From NCBI GenBank assembly GCA_045637625.1, contig JAZTZU010000040.1, positions 38,474-102,473 on the forward strand: DNA of 64,000 nucleotides, given 5' to 3'. Made by a program: the position numbers and the translations under genes. The notes beneath the pieces were generated by a model. That model searched no databases. It was not told the origin of the DNA and saw only the letters and a program-made list of their open reading frames with translations. Shown piece by piece: positions 24,681 through 35,087 of this stretch. Source of the DNA: Eubacteriales bacterium. GTDB taxonomy: Bacteria > Bacillota > Clostridia > Oscillospirales > UBA644. Positions within the stretch are counted from its first letter, which is position 1; each line of letters opens with the position of its first letter.

Positions 24681-26690
24681 ATGGAAATACTTGCTCCCGC
24701 AGGCTCATACGCCGCGCTGAAAGCTGCCGTTGAAAACGGTGCAGACGCGGTGTATATGGGTGCGCCTCAATTCAACGCGCGTGTCAATGCGCAGAATTTT
24801 ACCGATGAAGAATTTAAGAACGGCATAGAACTCTGTAAAAAGAACGGTGTTAAGGTCTATGCCGTCCTCAACACGCTCATTTATGACAATGAGTTCAAGC
24901 AGGTTCTGACTCTCGCAGAAAAATTAACAGACATCGGTGTTGACGCGTTCATAGTTCAGGATATAGGTCTGGCGGAAGCATTGAAAAAATGTACCCTGGG
25001 AACAGTTCCCCTCCACGCAAGTACTCAGATGTCAATAGGAAACCTTGACGGAGTACTGAAAGCTGCTGAAATGGGATTCACCAGAGCAGTTCTTGCAAGA
25101 GAACTGTCCCGAAAGGACATGGAATATATCGCAAAAAACTCACCTATAGAACTCGAAGTTTTCGTTCACGGGGCTCTCTGCGTTTGCTACAGCGGACAGT
25201 GCAGAATGAGCGCTGTTATCGGAAACAGAAGCGGAAACAGGGGCGCTTGCGCCCAGCCATGCCGTCTCCCCTACGAAAAAGGATATACTCTCAGCCTGAA
25301 AGATAACTGCCTGCTGGAATATGTAAAAGACCTCGAAGAAATGGGAATATCCTCTTTAAAAATCGAAGGCCGTATGAAAGGTGAATCATATGTAGGTTCC
25401 GTCACAGCAGCCTACGCAGATGCAAAACGGGGAGAACCCTACACCGAAAGCAAAAAAGAGGAACTTGCCAAAATTTTCAGCAGAGATGGGTTCACAGACG
25501 GATATTTTCTGAACCGGACAGGTAAGGCAATGTTCGGAACAAGAAAAGAAAACGAATCTGTTCCACCGTACGTTCAGCAAAAAAAGGAATACAAAAGATT
25601 TTATATTGACTTCTCAGTTAAAGCGGACGAAAACAGAAATATAATTTTTTCCGCAACAGACAGTGAAAATCATTCTTCGGAAGTTTCCGTAACCGGAGAA
25701 CCTGCGGCAAATGCCCCCACAGGAGAAGAGCAGTTGAAAAAGAACCTGAACCGTCTTGGCGGAACTCCTTATGAACTAAGAAGTCTGGTTTGCGATACAA
25801 AAGATAATTTTATTCCCGCTTCAAAAATAAACGACGCAAGAAGACAGTTGATAAACAGTCTTGATGCGATGAAAAATATAAAAACAGGATCGTTTACACT
25901 TAAAATTCCCGAAAGAAAAGTTTATCCCAAAGCGGAAAACACAAAACTCGAAGCTCAATACACGGTATTGAAAAATGCGGTCATGGATGATAGACTTTCA
26001 AAGGTCTGGCTGCCATTGACTTCCGTTAAAGAAAAGAAATTCAGAGAACTCTTTGAATTCTACGAAAGCAAAACGGGCGTAGTCCTGCCCATGATAATTC
26101 GTGACGAAAACCGCCGCGAAGTCAAAAGCCTCATAGAAACAGCATTGAATATGGGAATCTCCGACTTTCTTTGCGGAAATATCGGACATATTTATGCACT
26201 CAGCGGCTATGATACAAACCTTTACGGAGACACCGGTCTGAATGTGACAAACGCCCACTCAAGAGACGCATACATTGATATGGGACTGAAAAACGTGACC
26301 CTTTCATTTGAACTGAGTATGAGAAAGATCCAGGACCTTGCAGACAGTACAACGGGCATACTCGTTTACGGAAGACTCCCGTTCATGACAATGAGGAACT
26401 GCATCAAAGGCAACGGTCACGGCTGCGAAAATAAAAATAAACCTTATTATTTAAAAGACAGAATGAACAAAAATTTCCTTGTGACCTGCGGTTATGACTG
26501 TTCCAATGAAATCTGGAACTCTGACAAACTGTGGCTTGCGGATAAAGAGCTTCCGAAGCTCGCTTTCGGCAGACTTCTTTTTACAGACGAAACTGAAGCA
26601 GAAGTGAAAGATGTGATAAACGCTTACACAGGTGCAGGAGAAGCGGAAAGAGAAATGAAAAATCTGACGAGAGGACTGTATTACAGATGA
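24681..26690 (+). CDS. peptidase U32 family protein (long form)
   Basis: MEILAPAGSYAALKAAVENGADAVYMG...HGALCVCYSGQCRMS...NRGACAQPCR are U32 hallmarks. Confidence 0.85.
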   Translation: MEILAPAGSYAALKAAVENGADAVYMGAPQFNARVNAQNFTDEEFKNGIELCKKNGVKVYAVLNTLIYDNEFKQVLTLAEKLTDIGVDAFIVQDIGLAEALKKCTLGTVPLHASTQMSIGNLDGVLKAAEMGFTRAVLARELSRKDMEYIAKNSPIELEVFVHGALCVCYSGQCRMSAVIGNRSGNRGACAQPCRLPYEKGYTLSLKDNCLLEYVKDLEEMGISSLKIEGRMKGESYVGSVTAAYADAKRGEPYTESKKEELAKIFSRDGFTDGYFLNRTGKAMFGTRKENESVPPYVQQKKEYKRFYIDFSVKADENRNIIFSATDSENHSSEVSVTGEPAANAPTGEEQLKKNLNRLGGTPYELRSLVCDTKDNFIPASKINDARRQLINSLDAMKNIKTGSFTLKIPERKVYPKAENTKLEAQYTVLKNAVMDDRLSKVWLPLTSVKEKKFRELFEFYESKTGVVLPMIIRDENRREVKSLIETALNMGISDFLCGNIGHIYALSGYDTNLYGDTGLNVTNAHSRDAYIDMGLKNVTLSFELSMRKIQDLADSTTGILVYGRLPFMTMRNCIKGNGHGCENKNKPYYLKDRMNKNFLVTCGYDCSNEIWNSDKLWLADKELPKLAFGRLLFTDETEAEVKDVINAYTGAGEAEREMKNLTRGLYYR

Positions 26691-27139
26691 TGTCCCCAAA
26701 ACTGAAAATAAAAAGACTTGAACGCAACGGAGAAAAACCTCCTATGCCGTTTTATGCCTCAAAAGGTGCAGCAGGTCTCGATCTGACATATTTCGGAGAC
26801 GAAGAAATAACTCTTATCCCCGGAGAGATCGAAAAGCTGAATACGGGAATCTGCGTAGAAATACCGGAAGGTTATGTGGGGCTTATCTACATCAGGTCTT
26901 CCCTCGGTGCAAAACACGGTATCACCCTTGCAAACAGCGTAGGAGTCATTGACTGCGACTACCGAGGTGAACTTATGGTGTTCATCACAAACACCTCCTC
27001 AGTCAAGCACACGATCCGACCGGGAGAAAGATTTGCCCAGCTGGTGCTTACTCCATGCACGCAGTTCCCAATCGAAGAATGTGAAGAGCTTTCCTCCACA
27101 GAACGTGGAACAGGCGGATTCGGCTCGACAAATAAATAA
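26687..27139 (+). CDS. dut: dUTP diphosphatase
   Basis: GAAGLDL...IYIRSSLG...GVIDCDYRGEL...ERGTGGFGSTN. 4-nt overlap with the U32 gene. Confidence 0.9.
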   Translation: MMSPKLKIKRLERNGEKPPMPFYASKGAAGLDLTYFGDEEITLIPGEIEKLNTGICVEIPEGYVGLIYIRSSLGAKHGITLANSVGVIDCDYRGELMVFITNTSSVKHTIRPGERFAQLVLTPCTQFPIEECEELSSTERGTGGFGSTNK

Positions 27140-27187
27140 GAATATAATTACTTAACATACAGAAAATAAAAAAGGAATGAAGATTCA

Positions 27188-28942
27188 ATGGAATCAGTTA
27201 TAAAACATCTTACAAACAAAGTATCCGACGCATTTGAAAAGTGCGGATATGAACGCCGTCTCGGACAGGTTTCTGTTTCCGACAGATTTGACCTTTGCCA
27301 GTTCCAGTGCAACGGATCCTTCGAGGGTGCGAAACTTTACAAAAAAGCGCCCCTTATGATTGCGGAACAAATCGCAGAAATACTCCGTCAGGACAGCGAA
27401 TTCAAAGCTGTTGACGCAGTTCGTCCCGGATTTATAAATATCACACTCACCGATGAGTTTTTGACAAAAGCAGCAAACGAAGTTCTCGCAGATGAAAACC
27501 TTGGTATTCCCACACCCGGTGTCGGAGAAACTATGGTCATCGACTACGGCGGCGCAAACGTTGCAAAACCCCTCCACATCGGTCATCTCAGAGCCGCTAT
27601 CATTGGTGAATCCCTTAAAAGAATCGCAAGAACCCTCGGCTACAATGTTGTGGGTGACGTTCATATGGGCGACTGGGGTCTCCAGATCGGTCTTGTAATT
27701 GCAGAACTCAACGAAAGACATCCCGAATGGTGCTGTTTCAAAGAAGATTTTGATCCCGAAACAGAAAAAGTTCCCGAACTCAATGTTGATGACCTTAATG
27801 AAATCTACCCCTTTGCAAGCAAAAAGAGCAAGGAAAACGAAGAATTTGCAGAAAAGGCCCACAGAATCACCGCAGAACTCCAGAAAGGCAAACCGGGATA
27901 CATCGCTGTCTGGAAAGAAATTATGCGTGTTTCAGTTGCTGACCTTAAGCTGAACTATGGCAGACTTAATGTTGACTTCGATCTCTGGTACGGCGAAAGT
28001 GACGCAGAACAGTATGTTGACGAACTCGTAAAAACCCTTACAGAGAAAGGTCTTCTCAGAGAAAGCGAGGGTGCGCAGGTAGTAGATGTTGCCGAAGACG
28101 GAGACAAAATAGACATTCCTCCCGTTATCATCAAAAAATCAGACAATTCAAACATCTATGCAACTACAGACCTTGCAACTATCATTCAGCGTGAAAAAGA
28201 TTTCCATCCATCCAAGATATGGTATGTTGTTGACAAACGTCAGTCCCTCCACTTCACACAGGTATTCCGCTGTGCGAAAAAAGGCGGTATAGTACCTGAA
28301 TCCACAGAACTTGAACATCTCGGATTCGGAACAATGAACGGAAGCGACGGAAAGCCCTACAAAACAAGAGACGGCGGCGTAATGAGACTTTCAGACCTTC
28401 TCACAACAGTTACAGATGCAGCTGAAGCAAAGATGAAAGAATCAGAATTCGTTTCTGCGGAAGAACGCAAAGCTACAGCTGAAAAAGTAGGTATTGCAGC
28501 CGTTAAATTCGGCGATCTCATCAACCACAGAACAAAAGACTATATCTTCGATATTGATAAATTCCTTTCATTTGAAGGAAAAACAGGTACTTATCTCCTT
28601 TACACCGTAACGAGAATCAACTCCGTCCTCAAAAAGACAGAGGGTGCTGATGCTACCGAAATTTCAGGTATCTATTCCGATACGGAAAGAGAACTTATCC
28701 TCAACCTTATCCTCAGCGGTGAAGCATTCATGCGTTCATTCAACGAAAAAGCACCTAACTACGTTTGCGATAACGCTTATAAGCTTGCCTCCCTCTTCTC
28801 AGGATTCTATCACGACAACCACATCATCAACGAAGCAGATGAAACAAAGAAAGCTTCCTGGATCACACTTTGCGGACTCACAAGAAAAATGCTTCTCAAA
28901 CACTTTGACGTTTTGGCTATCGACTCCGTAGAATCCATGTAA
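27188..28942 (+). CDS. argS: arginine--tRNA ligase
   Basis: NVAKPLHIGHLR (HIGH) and a C-terminal DALR-type anticodon-binding domain ending ...VESM. 584 aa. Confidence 0.9.
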   Translation: MESVIKHLTNKVSDAFEKCGYERRLGQVSVSDRFDLCQFQCNGSFEGAKLYKKAPLMIAEQIAEILRQDSEFKAVDAVRPGFINITLTDEFLTKAANEVLADENLGIPTPGVGETMVIDYGGANVAKPLHIGHLRAAIIGESLKRIARTLGYNVVGDVHMGDWGLQIGLVIAELNERHPEWCCFKEDFDPETEKVPELNVDDLNEIYPFASKKSKENEEFAEKAHRITAELQKGKPGYIAVWKEIMRVSVADLKLNYGRLNVDFDLWYGESDAEQYVDELVKTLTEKGLLRESEGAQVVDVAEDGDKIDIPPVIIKKSDNSNIYATTDLATIIQREKDFHPSKIWYVVDKRQSLHFTQVFRCAKKGGIVPESTELEHLGFGTMNGSDGKPYKTRDGGVMRLSDLLTTVTDAAEAKMKESEFVSAEERKATAEKVGIAAVKFGDLINHRTKDYIFDIDKFLSFEGKTGTYLLYTVTRINSVLKKTEGADATEISGIYSDTERELILNLILSGEAFMRSFNEKAPNYVCDNAYKLASLFSGFYHDNHIINEADETKKASWITLCGLTRKMLLKHFDVLAIDSVESM

Positions 28943-28959
28943 TGAAAGGACATTGAGTT

Positions 28960-29835
28960 ATGTACGACAGAAAACCGAAAAAGAAATCCATAAACGGTCA
29001 GTCAGTAAGAAAAAACGACAGACCGATAAAGGTAAATAAAAGAATCCGCACTGAAATAAGCAGTGATTACAGCGAAAATGCAGTTTTCGGCAGAAATTCC
29101 GTAATGGAACTGCTCCGTTCCGAAAGAACAGTGGACAAACTTTTTGTTCTCAAAGGTGACAGAGAAGGCTCGGTTACAAAGATAATTGCTATGGCGAAAG
29201 AAAAACACATTGTCGTAGTTGAAGCGGAAAAAGCAAAACTCGATAAAATGTCAGGCAACGGCAACCATCAGGGCGTTCTTGCATTGACAACAGAATTTGA
29301 ATACTGCGAAGTTGAAGACATCCTTGCATATGCGGAAGAAAAAGGCGAAAAACCTCTTATCCTCATAATTGACGGTATCAACGACCCCGGAAATCTGGGT
29401 GCAATAATCAGAACAGCAAACGCATCAGGCGTTCACGGAATAATTCTCCCCAAGAGAGGCTCATGCGGTATGACCTCTGCGGTATTCAAATCCGCGGCAG
29501 GAGCTTGTGAATATGTAAATATCGCAAGAGTTACAAATATTAACGACACAATAAAAATGCTTCAGGACAACGGTGTCTGGATATACGGTACAGACGGAAG
29601 CGGATCAGATGAACTTTACTCAACAGACCTCACAGGTTCTGCGGCAATAGTTCTCGGTGACGAAGGAAAAGGAATTTCCAGACTCACTTGCGAAAAATGT
29701 GACTATCTTATGCGTATCCCCATGAAAGGCGAAATAACCTCGCTCAATATCTCCGTTGCGGGAGCTCTTGCAATGTACGAGGCCCTCAGACAGAGAAACA
29801 TCAAGGACGCAAAGTCCGGAGGCTTTGATCTGTAA
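28960..29835 (+). CDS. rlmB: 23S rRNA (guanosine-2'-O)-methyltransferase RlmB (TrmH family)
   Basis: GRNSVMELL...HQGVLA...DGINDPGNLGAIIRTA...VLGDEGKGISRL...IPMKGEITSLNISVA. Confidence 0.85.
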   Translation: MYDRKPKKKSINGQSVRKNDRPIKVNKRIRTEISSDYSENAVFGRNSVMELLRSERTVDKLFVLKGDREGSVTKIIAMAKEKHIVVVEAEKAKLDKMSGNGNHQGVLALTTEFEYCEVEDILAYAEEKGEKPLILIIDGINDPGNLGAIIRTANASGVHGIILPKRGSCGMTSAVFKSAAGACEYVNIARVTNINDTIKMLQDNGVWIYGTDGSGSDELYSTDLTGSAAIVLGDEGKGISRLTCEKCDYLMRIPMKGEITSLNISVAGALAMYEALRQRNIKDAKSGGFDL

Positions 29836-31472
29836 TGAACGATGAAATATTCAACGAGCAATATTCAGCAGCATTGTCGACAAGAGATTCTATAAGCGTA
29901 AAAACCATCGCTGCAGGAGTTACTGCATGTGTGATGTTTATACTGTCCCTTCTCTCCTTGCCTGCAATAGTAAGTGGCATCACAGGGCTCGTTTGTGCGA
30001 TAATACTTTTCATAATTTGTCTCAACGAATTTTCCGACGGTATTATCTCCGTATTCAGACTCCAGCCATCCAATGACAGTCTCAATTCTCTGGCAGTTGT
30101 TGCAGCGGCAGTACACAGCTTATATCAGATAATCGACGGTGGGCAGGTTTCGCAGACAGTTTCCTGGGTAATTTTCCTTTCTGTTTTCTGCTCTATGCTG
30201 ATGAAACTGCTCTACGTAAATGAAATAGTGATCAACCTTAACATGATCAAAAAAGATAAAATGTACGAAGTCAGCGCTGAACGTATAAGTCTCACAAAAC
30301 GGTATGTGGAACAGGTCTGCATGGTAAATCCTGTCGTAAATTTCCCGAATGTATTCGATACATCCTATGAAGGAGATCCGTCAGAATCAAAAAGCAGATA
30401 TTTCGTACCCGTTGCTGCCGGTCTTGCGTTGATCCTGTCCGGTGTAATGGCAATATTCAACGGATTCGGAGGATTCGCACTGGCGCTGGTATCACTCTTT
30501 GCGATCACAGCTTCATTCACAAGTGAAACATCCTTTGTTTTGCCGTACATTGCAACACAGCGACGTTTGAGAAAACTTGGAAGTTTGCTTCTCGGATACC
30601 ACTCAATAGACGCACTCAAAGATATTGAGACACTTGTGGTTACCGACGTGGAGCTTTTCCCACCGAAACGCGTAAAAATAAACAAATTCAGATTCAGAAA
30701 CAAAATGTACATGACGGAAGCCATTGAATATACTGCGGCACTTCTCCTCAGAGCGGACACACCGCTGAAAAGAGCTTTCATGAAAATGGTTTCATGTCCA
30801 AAAAAACGTCTCCCTCCCGTTGATGAATGGAGATATATGAAAAACTACGGCATCACGGCAACGATATACGGAGACGAAGTCCTTCTCGGAAACAGAAATC
30901 TGCTTCTTGCTTCCGACATAACACCGCTTCCCCAGGAAACCGAAGCGGCAATGGTCACAAAAAACAAAAACATGCTCTATCTCGCAATAAACGGAGAGAT
31001 CGCAGCATACATACTCTTCACCTATAATTTCGATCCGGCAATGAAACAGGCGGCTGAGAATGTGGGAGAAGACTTCAACATTATCGTCGAGACGAATGAC
31101 TGCGTCATAACAGAAACAATGGTACAGAAGCGTTATGACCTTCAGACGACAAAAATAATCGTACCCGATGCGGATGAAGTAAATCTTATCTCAGATATCC
31201 GCGACAGCATTGCAGACGGAAACAATCTGCCCGTAATGATAACAACCAAAAATGCCATCGGTATTTTGTCCTCTGTAAAACAGGCGAAAAACCTTATGCA
31301 TATAATCGACCTTTGCATACTCACAAAACAGGCAAGTGTGGGCTTCGGACTTGTACTTACAGCAATAGCCCTGTTCCTTGCGCCCACATATGTTACCGGA
31401 CTGTGGCTGTTTTTGTTCAATCTGCTCTGGACGATTCCGGTAATTTTCATTTCCGCGTTCGGGAATAAATAA
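29835..31472 (+). CDS. polytopic membrane protein, degenerate heavy-metal (P1B) P-type-ATPase-like
   Basis: TAATG overlap with rlmB. Collinear with the CopA/ZntA core (from memory). ASFTSETSFVLPYIATQRRLRKLGSLLLGYHSIDALKDIETLVVTDVELF aligns with CPCALGLATP...GILIKGGEALE...IDTVVFDKTGTLT. YGITATIYGDEVLLGNRNLL aligns with G(V)EA.V.G..VLVGN..LM. NIIVETNDCV aligns with MLTGDN. CPC, DKTGT, TGDN and GDGxNDxP are all absent. Confidence 0.55.
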   Translation: MNDEIFNEQYSAALSTRDSISVKTIAAGVTACVMFILSLLSLPAIVSGITGLVCAIILFIICLNEFSDGIISVFRLQPSNDSLNSLAVVAAAVHSLYQIIDGGQVSQTVSWVIFLSVFCSMLMKLLYVNEIVINLNMIKKDKMYEVSAERISLTKRYVEQVCMVNPVVNFPNVFDTSYEGDPSESKSRYFVPVAAGLALILSGVMAIFNGFGGFALALVSLFAITASFTSETSFVLPYIATQRRLRKLGSLLLGYHSIDALKDIETLVVTDVELFPPKRVKINKFRFRNKMYMTEAIEYTAALLLRADTPLKRAFMKMVSCPKKRLPPVDEWRYMKNYGITATIYGDEVLLGNRNLLLASDITPLPQETEAAMVTKNKNMLYLAINGEIAAYILFTYNFDPAMKQAAENVGEDFNIIVETNDCVITETMVQKRYDLQTTKIIVPDADEVNLISDIRDSIADGNNLPVMITTKNAIGILSSVKQAKNLMHIIDLCILTKQASVGFGLVLTAIALFLAPTYVTGLWLFLFNLLWTIPVIFISAFGNK

Positions 31473-31520
31473 ATCATGTCAATAATTTTACTTAATTAAA
31501 TTTTGGAGGAATATAATTTT

Positions 31521-32252
31521 ATGTCAGGTCACTCAAAATGGAAGAACATTATGCACAAAAAAGAGAAGTCAGATGCTCAGAAAGCAAGCGTCTTCACAAA
31601 AATAGGCCGTGAGATCACTCAGGCAGTTAAAGAAGGCGGTCCTGATCCTGCTTCAAACTCTAAGCTCAAAGATATCATCGCAAAGGCTAAGACAAACAAC
31701 GTTCCCAACGATAACATTGAAAGAGTTATCAAAAAAGCTGCAGGCGACGGCGACAACACTTCTTACGAAGAAATCACATACGAAGGCTATGGCCCCGCAG
31801 GTATTGCCGTAATCGTTGAAACTCTTACAGACAACAGAAACAGAACAGCAGGCGACCTCCGTCACTACTTCGACAAATACGGCGGCAACCTCGGTCAGAC
31901 AGGTTCAGTTAACTGGATGTTCTCCAAAAAAGGCGTTATCGTAATATCCAAAGAAGAATATGACGATGAAGAAAAACTCATGGAAGAGCTCATGGAAGTT
32001 GAAGCTGAAGACTTTGTTATTGAAGAAAATGTATACGAAATATACACCACTCCCGAAAACTTCTCATCCGTAAGAGAATTCCTTGAAAGCAAAGGCTACG
32101 AATTCCTTTCCGCAGAAGTTGAACAGGTGCCTTCAAACTACATCACACTTACAGACGAAGATCATATCAAAAATATGAATAAACTTCTCGAAGTTCTTGA
32201 AGACAACGACGACGTTCAGAACACATACCACAACTGGAACGACGAGGAATAA
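31521..32252 (+). CDS. yebC: YebC/PmpR family DNA-binding transcriptional regulator
   Basis: MSGHSKWKNIMHKK start, with GGAGG 11 nt upstream. YEGYGPAGIAVIVETLTDNRNRT. Confidence 0.9.
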   Translation: MSGHSKWKNIMHKKEKSDAQKASVFTKIGREITQAVKEGGPDPASNSKLKDIIAKAKTNNVPNDNIERVIKKAAGDGDNTSYEEITYEGYGPAGIAVIVETLTDNRNRTAGDLRHYFDKYGGNLGQTGSVNWMFSKKGVIVISKEEYDDEEKLMEELMEVEAEDFVIEENVYEIYTTPENFSSVREFLESKGYEFLSAEVEQVPSNYITLTDEDHIKNMNKLLEVLEDNDDVQNTYHNWNDEE

Positions 32253-32280
32253 TACGCCTCAACATTGAAAGGATAAAAAA

Positions 32281-32616
32281 ATGAACAAAGATTTCTGCGA
32301 AATGCTGCAGAACGAAAGAAACAAAAGAGGTTTGAGTCTTCGGGCAGCAAGTGCAATAATCGGAATCAGTCATACATATCTTTCGGAGTTGGAAAACGGC
32401 CATGACCCCAGATCGGGGCACAAGCCGTTTCCATCTTCTGACGTTATATACAAGATATGCAAAGCCTATGAAATAGACGCAGAAAAAACATCCACTCTTT
32501 TGGGGTTCAAAGATGAAGACGCAATGTTTATTTATGTGGCTGACAGACTGCGGAAACTCAAAACAGAAGATCCTGCAAAATACCGCAGATTTCTCAATAT
32601 AATCAACGAGGATTGA
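32281..32616 (+). CDS. XRE-family helix-turn-helix protein
   Basis: LQNERNKRGLSLRAASAIIGISHTYLSELENG. Confidence 0.7.
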   Translation: MNKDFCEMLQNERNKRGLSLRAASAIIGISHTYLSELENGHDPRSGHKPFPSSDVIYKICKAYEIDAEKTSTLLGFKDEDAMFIYVADRLRKLKTEDPAKYRRFLNIINED

Positions 32617-32620
32617 TACA

Positions 32621-33184
32621 GTGGAAAGTAAAATCATTTTAGCATCCGCATCTCCGAGAAGAAAAGAGCTTATGGCTCAGATAGGACTGATATTCACGGT
32701 TGAACCTTCTGACGCAGATGAAAATATCGGAATAGAAGACCCTGAAAAATTGGTAGCGGAACTTTCCAGAATAAAAGCTGACGATGTATGGCAGAAGCAT
32801 CCCGAAAAATGCATTATCGCAGCAGACACAGTTGTTAGTATTAACGGAAAAATATTGGGAAAGCCTTCCGACAGAGCTGAAAGCGAGCAGATGCTGAAGC
32901 TGCTTTCCGGAAACAAACATACCGTATATACGGGAGTTACAGTACAGGATGAAAAAGGCTCATTAACCGAGGTTTCAGCAACGGATGTTTACTTCAAAGA
33001 GCTTTCCCAAACAGATATAGAAAAATATTTAAATACCAATGAACATGCAGATAAAGCAGGTGCTTACGGGATCCAGGGTTATGCAGCACGCTTTGTTGAA
33101 AAGATCTGCGGATGTTATTTCAACGTGGTAGGACTTCCCCTGTCACTGCTTGATAAAATGCTTACCGAAAAGGGGGTTATGTAA
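32621..33184 (+). CDS. maf: Maf-like nucleoside triphosphate pyrophosphatase
   Basis: GTG start with GAGGA upstream. IILASASPRRKELM...ADTVV...DKAGAYGIQG. Confidence 0.9.
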   Translation: MESKIILASASPRRKELMAQIGLIFTVEPSDADENIGIEDPEKLVAELSRIKADDVWQKHPEKCIIAADTVVSINGKILGKPSDRAESEQMLKLLSGNKHTVYTGVTVQDEKGSLTEVSATDVYFKELSQTDIEKYLNTNEHADKAGAYGIQGYAARFVEKICGCYFNVVGLPLSLLDKMLTEKGVM

Positions 33185-34180
33185 ATGGGCGCAAACGATA
33201 TAGGCATAGATCTCGGAACAATGAATACTGTTATATACAACAAAAACAGAGGTATTGTTCTCAATGAACCGTCAGCCATAGCTGTTGAAAGTTTTTCAGA
33301 CAAGATAATGGCTGTTGGCAGAGAAGCGAAAATGATGCTGGGAAGGACTCCCGACACAGTTGTTGCGGCAAGACCGTTGGAAAACGGAGTAATCGCGGAC
33401 TTTGAAAAAACTTCTCTGATGCTGAAAGAATATATAAAAACAACCAAGAAGAGCTGGGGTTCAATAACCGCAGTGGTAACAGTGCCGTACAAAGCGACTC
33501 CCGTTGAAAGAAGAGCTGTTGAAGATGCTGTCGTTTCGGCAAAAGTAAAAAAAGTTATTATGATCGAAAAACCCCTGGCAGCGGCTATCGGATGCGGTCT
33601 TCCGATATTTGAACCGAAAGGTCACATGATCGTTGACATCGGAGGCGGAAGTACTGAGATTGCCGTAATTTCCCTTGGTGGAATCGTTGCGGAAACAACC
33701 CTTGATGACTGCGGTCTTACAATGGACAGAAATATCATTTCTTTTATACGTAAAAATTACAATATCCTGATCGGAGACCAGGTTGCCGAAGAACTGAAAA
33801 TACATCTCGGCTCCGTCACAGAAAAGGAAGTCATGGATTTCATGACAGTCAGCGGAAGAGATCTTATCGAAGGTCTCCCTCTCAGTGTTTCAGTATCATC
33901 GGATGACGTACGTGAAGCTATTATGGAAACCGTTTACAACATTATTGACGGAATTAAAATGACCCTTGAAAAGATCGACCCGGAACTTGCGGCAGATATC
34001 ATAGAAAACGGAATTGTTCTTGTGGGCGGAGGCTCAATGCTTGACGGCTGGAGCGAACTTATATTCAAAGAAACAGGTCTCAGGGCAGAACTCGCGGCAA
34101 GCCCTCTCGAAAGTGTTGCTGTGGGAGCCGGAAGAGCTCTTGAACTTCTCGGAGATCTTAAACGGGCAGCTACAGTCTGA
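33185..34180 (+). CDS. mreB: rod shape-determining protein MreB
   Basis: IGIDLGTMNTVIY...RPLENGVIADF...DIGGGSTEIAVISLGG...GIVLVGGGSML. Confidence 0.95.
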   Translation: MGANDIGIDLGTMNTVIYNKNRGIVLNEPSAIAVESFSDKIMAVGREAKMMLGRTPDTVVAARPLENGVIADFEKTSLMLKEYIKTTKKSWGSITAVVTVPYKATPVERRAVEDAVVSAKVKKVIMIEKPLAAAIGCGLPIFEPKGHMIVDIGGGSTEIAVISLGGIVAETTLDDCGLTMDRNIISFIRKNYNILIGDQVAEELKIHLGSVTEKEVMDFMTVSGRDLIEGLPLSVSVSSDDVREAIMETVYNIIDGIKMTLEKIDPELAADIIENGIVLVGGGSMLDGWSELIFKETGLRAELAASPLESVAVGAGRALELLGDLKRAATV

Positions 34181-34216
34181 CGAAAATAAACTATGGGAAA
34201 GGAGGCATCACCACCG

Positions 34217-35059
34217 ATGAACAATTTTTTCAGAAGCCGATTTTTTGCGGTACTAATAATAATTTCCTGTTTTCTTGCGGGATTTATGCTTAATCTTGCT
34301 GTTGACGGCGGAGTTATGCCTCACAGAACCATCGTAGGACTGATAACTACCCCTTTCACAACCTTGGGCACAAACATAAAACATGGGGTATCAAACTTTT
34401 TTGCTGCATATACAAAATACGAAAAATTACTTGAAGAAAACGAATCATTAAAAAAAGAAAATTCAGAGCTGAAAAAAAGGCTGGAAGACTCGTATTCTTT
34501 GGAAGTCGAGATCAGCAGGCTTGAACAGCTTACAAATATTTTAAAAACAACAGAACCTCTCGAACTTGTGGCGGCACAGGTAGTCTCTGTTTCGACAGAC
34601 GGCTGGAACTCCACATTTTCAATAAACAAAGGATATCTTTCGGGGATAAAGGAAAAGGATGTTGTCATTGCGTCCACAGGGCTTGTAGGTAAAGTTCGGG
34701 AAGTTGGACCCAACTGGGCAACAGTTGTTGCATTTACCGACCCACAGATAGCCGTTGGCGCTATGATCTCACGGACAGAAGATACCGCAATGACAGAGGG
34801 AACTATAGAGCTGAAGGCAAAAGGTTTGTGCAAACTCTCTTACCTCAACAAAAACTCTACAGCGATCCGCGGAGATCTCGTTGAAACTTCCGGTCTGGGA
34901 GGCCTTTATCCGGCAGGGATCATCATAGGAACGATCAAGGATATCAGCATAGACGACAACGGCCTGACAAAATATGCGGTAATTCAGCCGGCTGTTGACT
35001 TCACAAATTTGAACATGGTATATATTTCAATAAATTACGCATCGACAGAAGTCGAATAA
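34217..35059 (+). CDS. mreC: rod shape-determining protein MreC
   Basis: N-terminal TM segment, a coiled coil (LEENESLKKENSELKKRLE) and a C-terminal beta domain (GLGGLYPAGIIIGTI). The start is chosen downstream of AAGGAGG. Confidence 0.85.
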   Translation: MNNFFRSRFFAVLIIISCFLAGFMLNLAVDGGVMPHRTIVGLITTPFTTLGTNIKHGVSNFFAAYTKYEKLLEENESLKKENSELKKRLEDSYSLEVEISRLEQLTNILKTTEPLELVAAQVVSVSTDGWNSTFSINKGYLSGIKEKDVVIASTGLVGKVREVGPNWATVVAFTDPQIAVGAMISRTEDTAMTEGTIELKAKGLCKLSYLNKNSTAIRGDLVETSGLGGLYPAGIIIGTIKDISIDDNGLTKYAVIQPAVDFTNLNMVYISINYASTEVE

Positions 35060-35087
35060 ACTAAATTTTCGGAAAGGATGAAGTACA

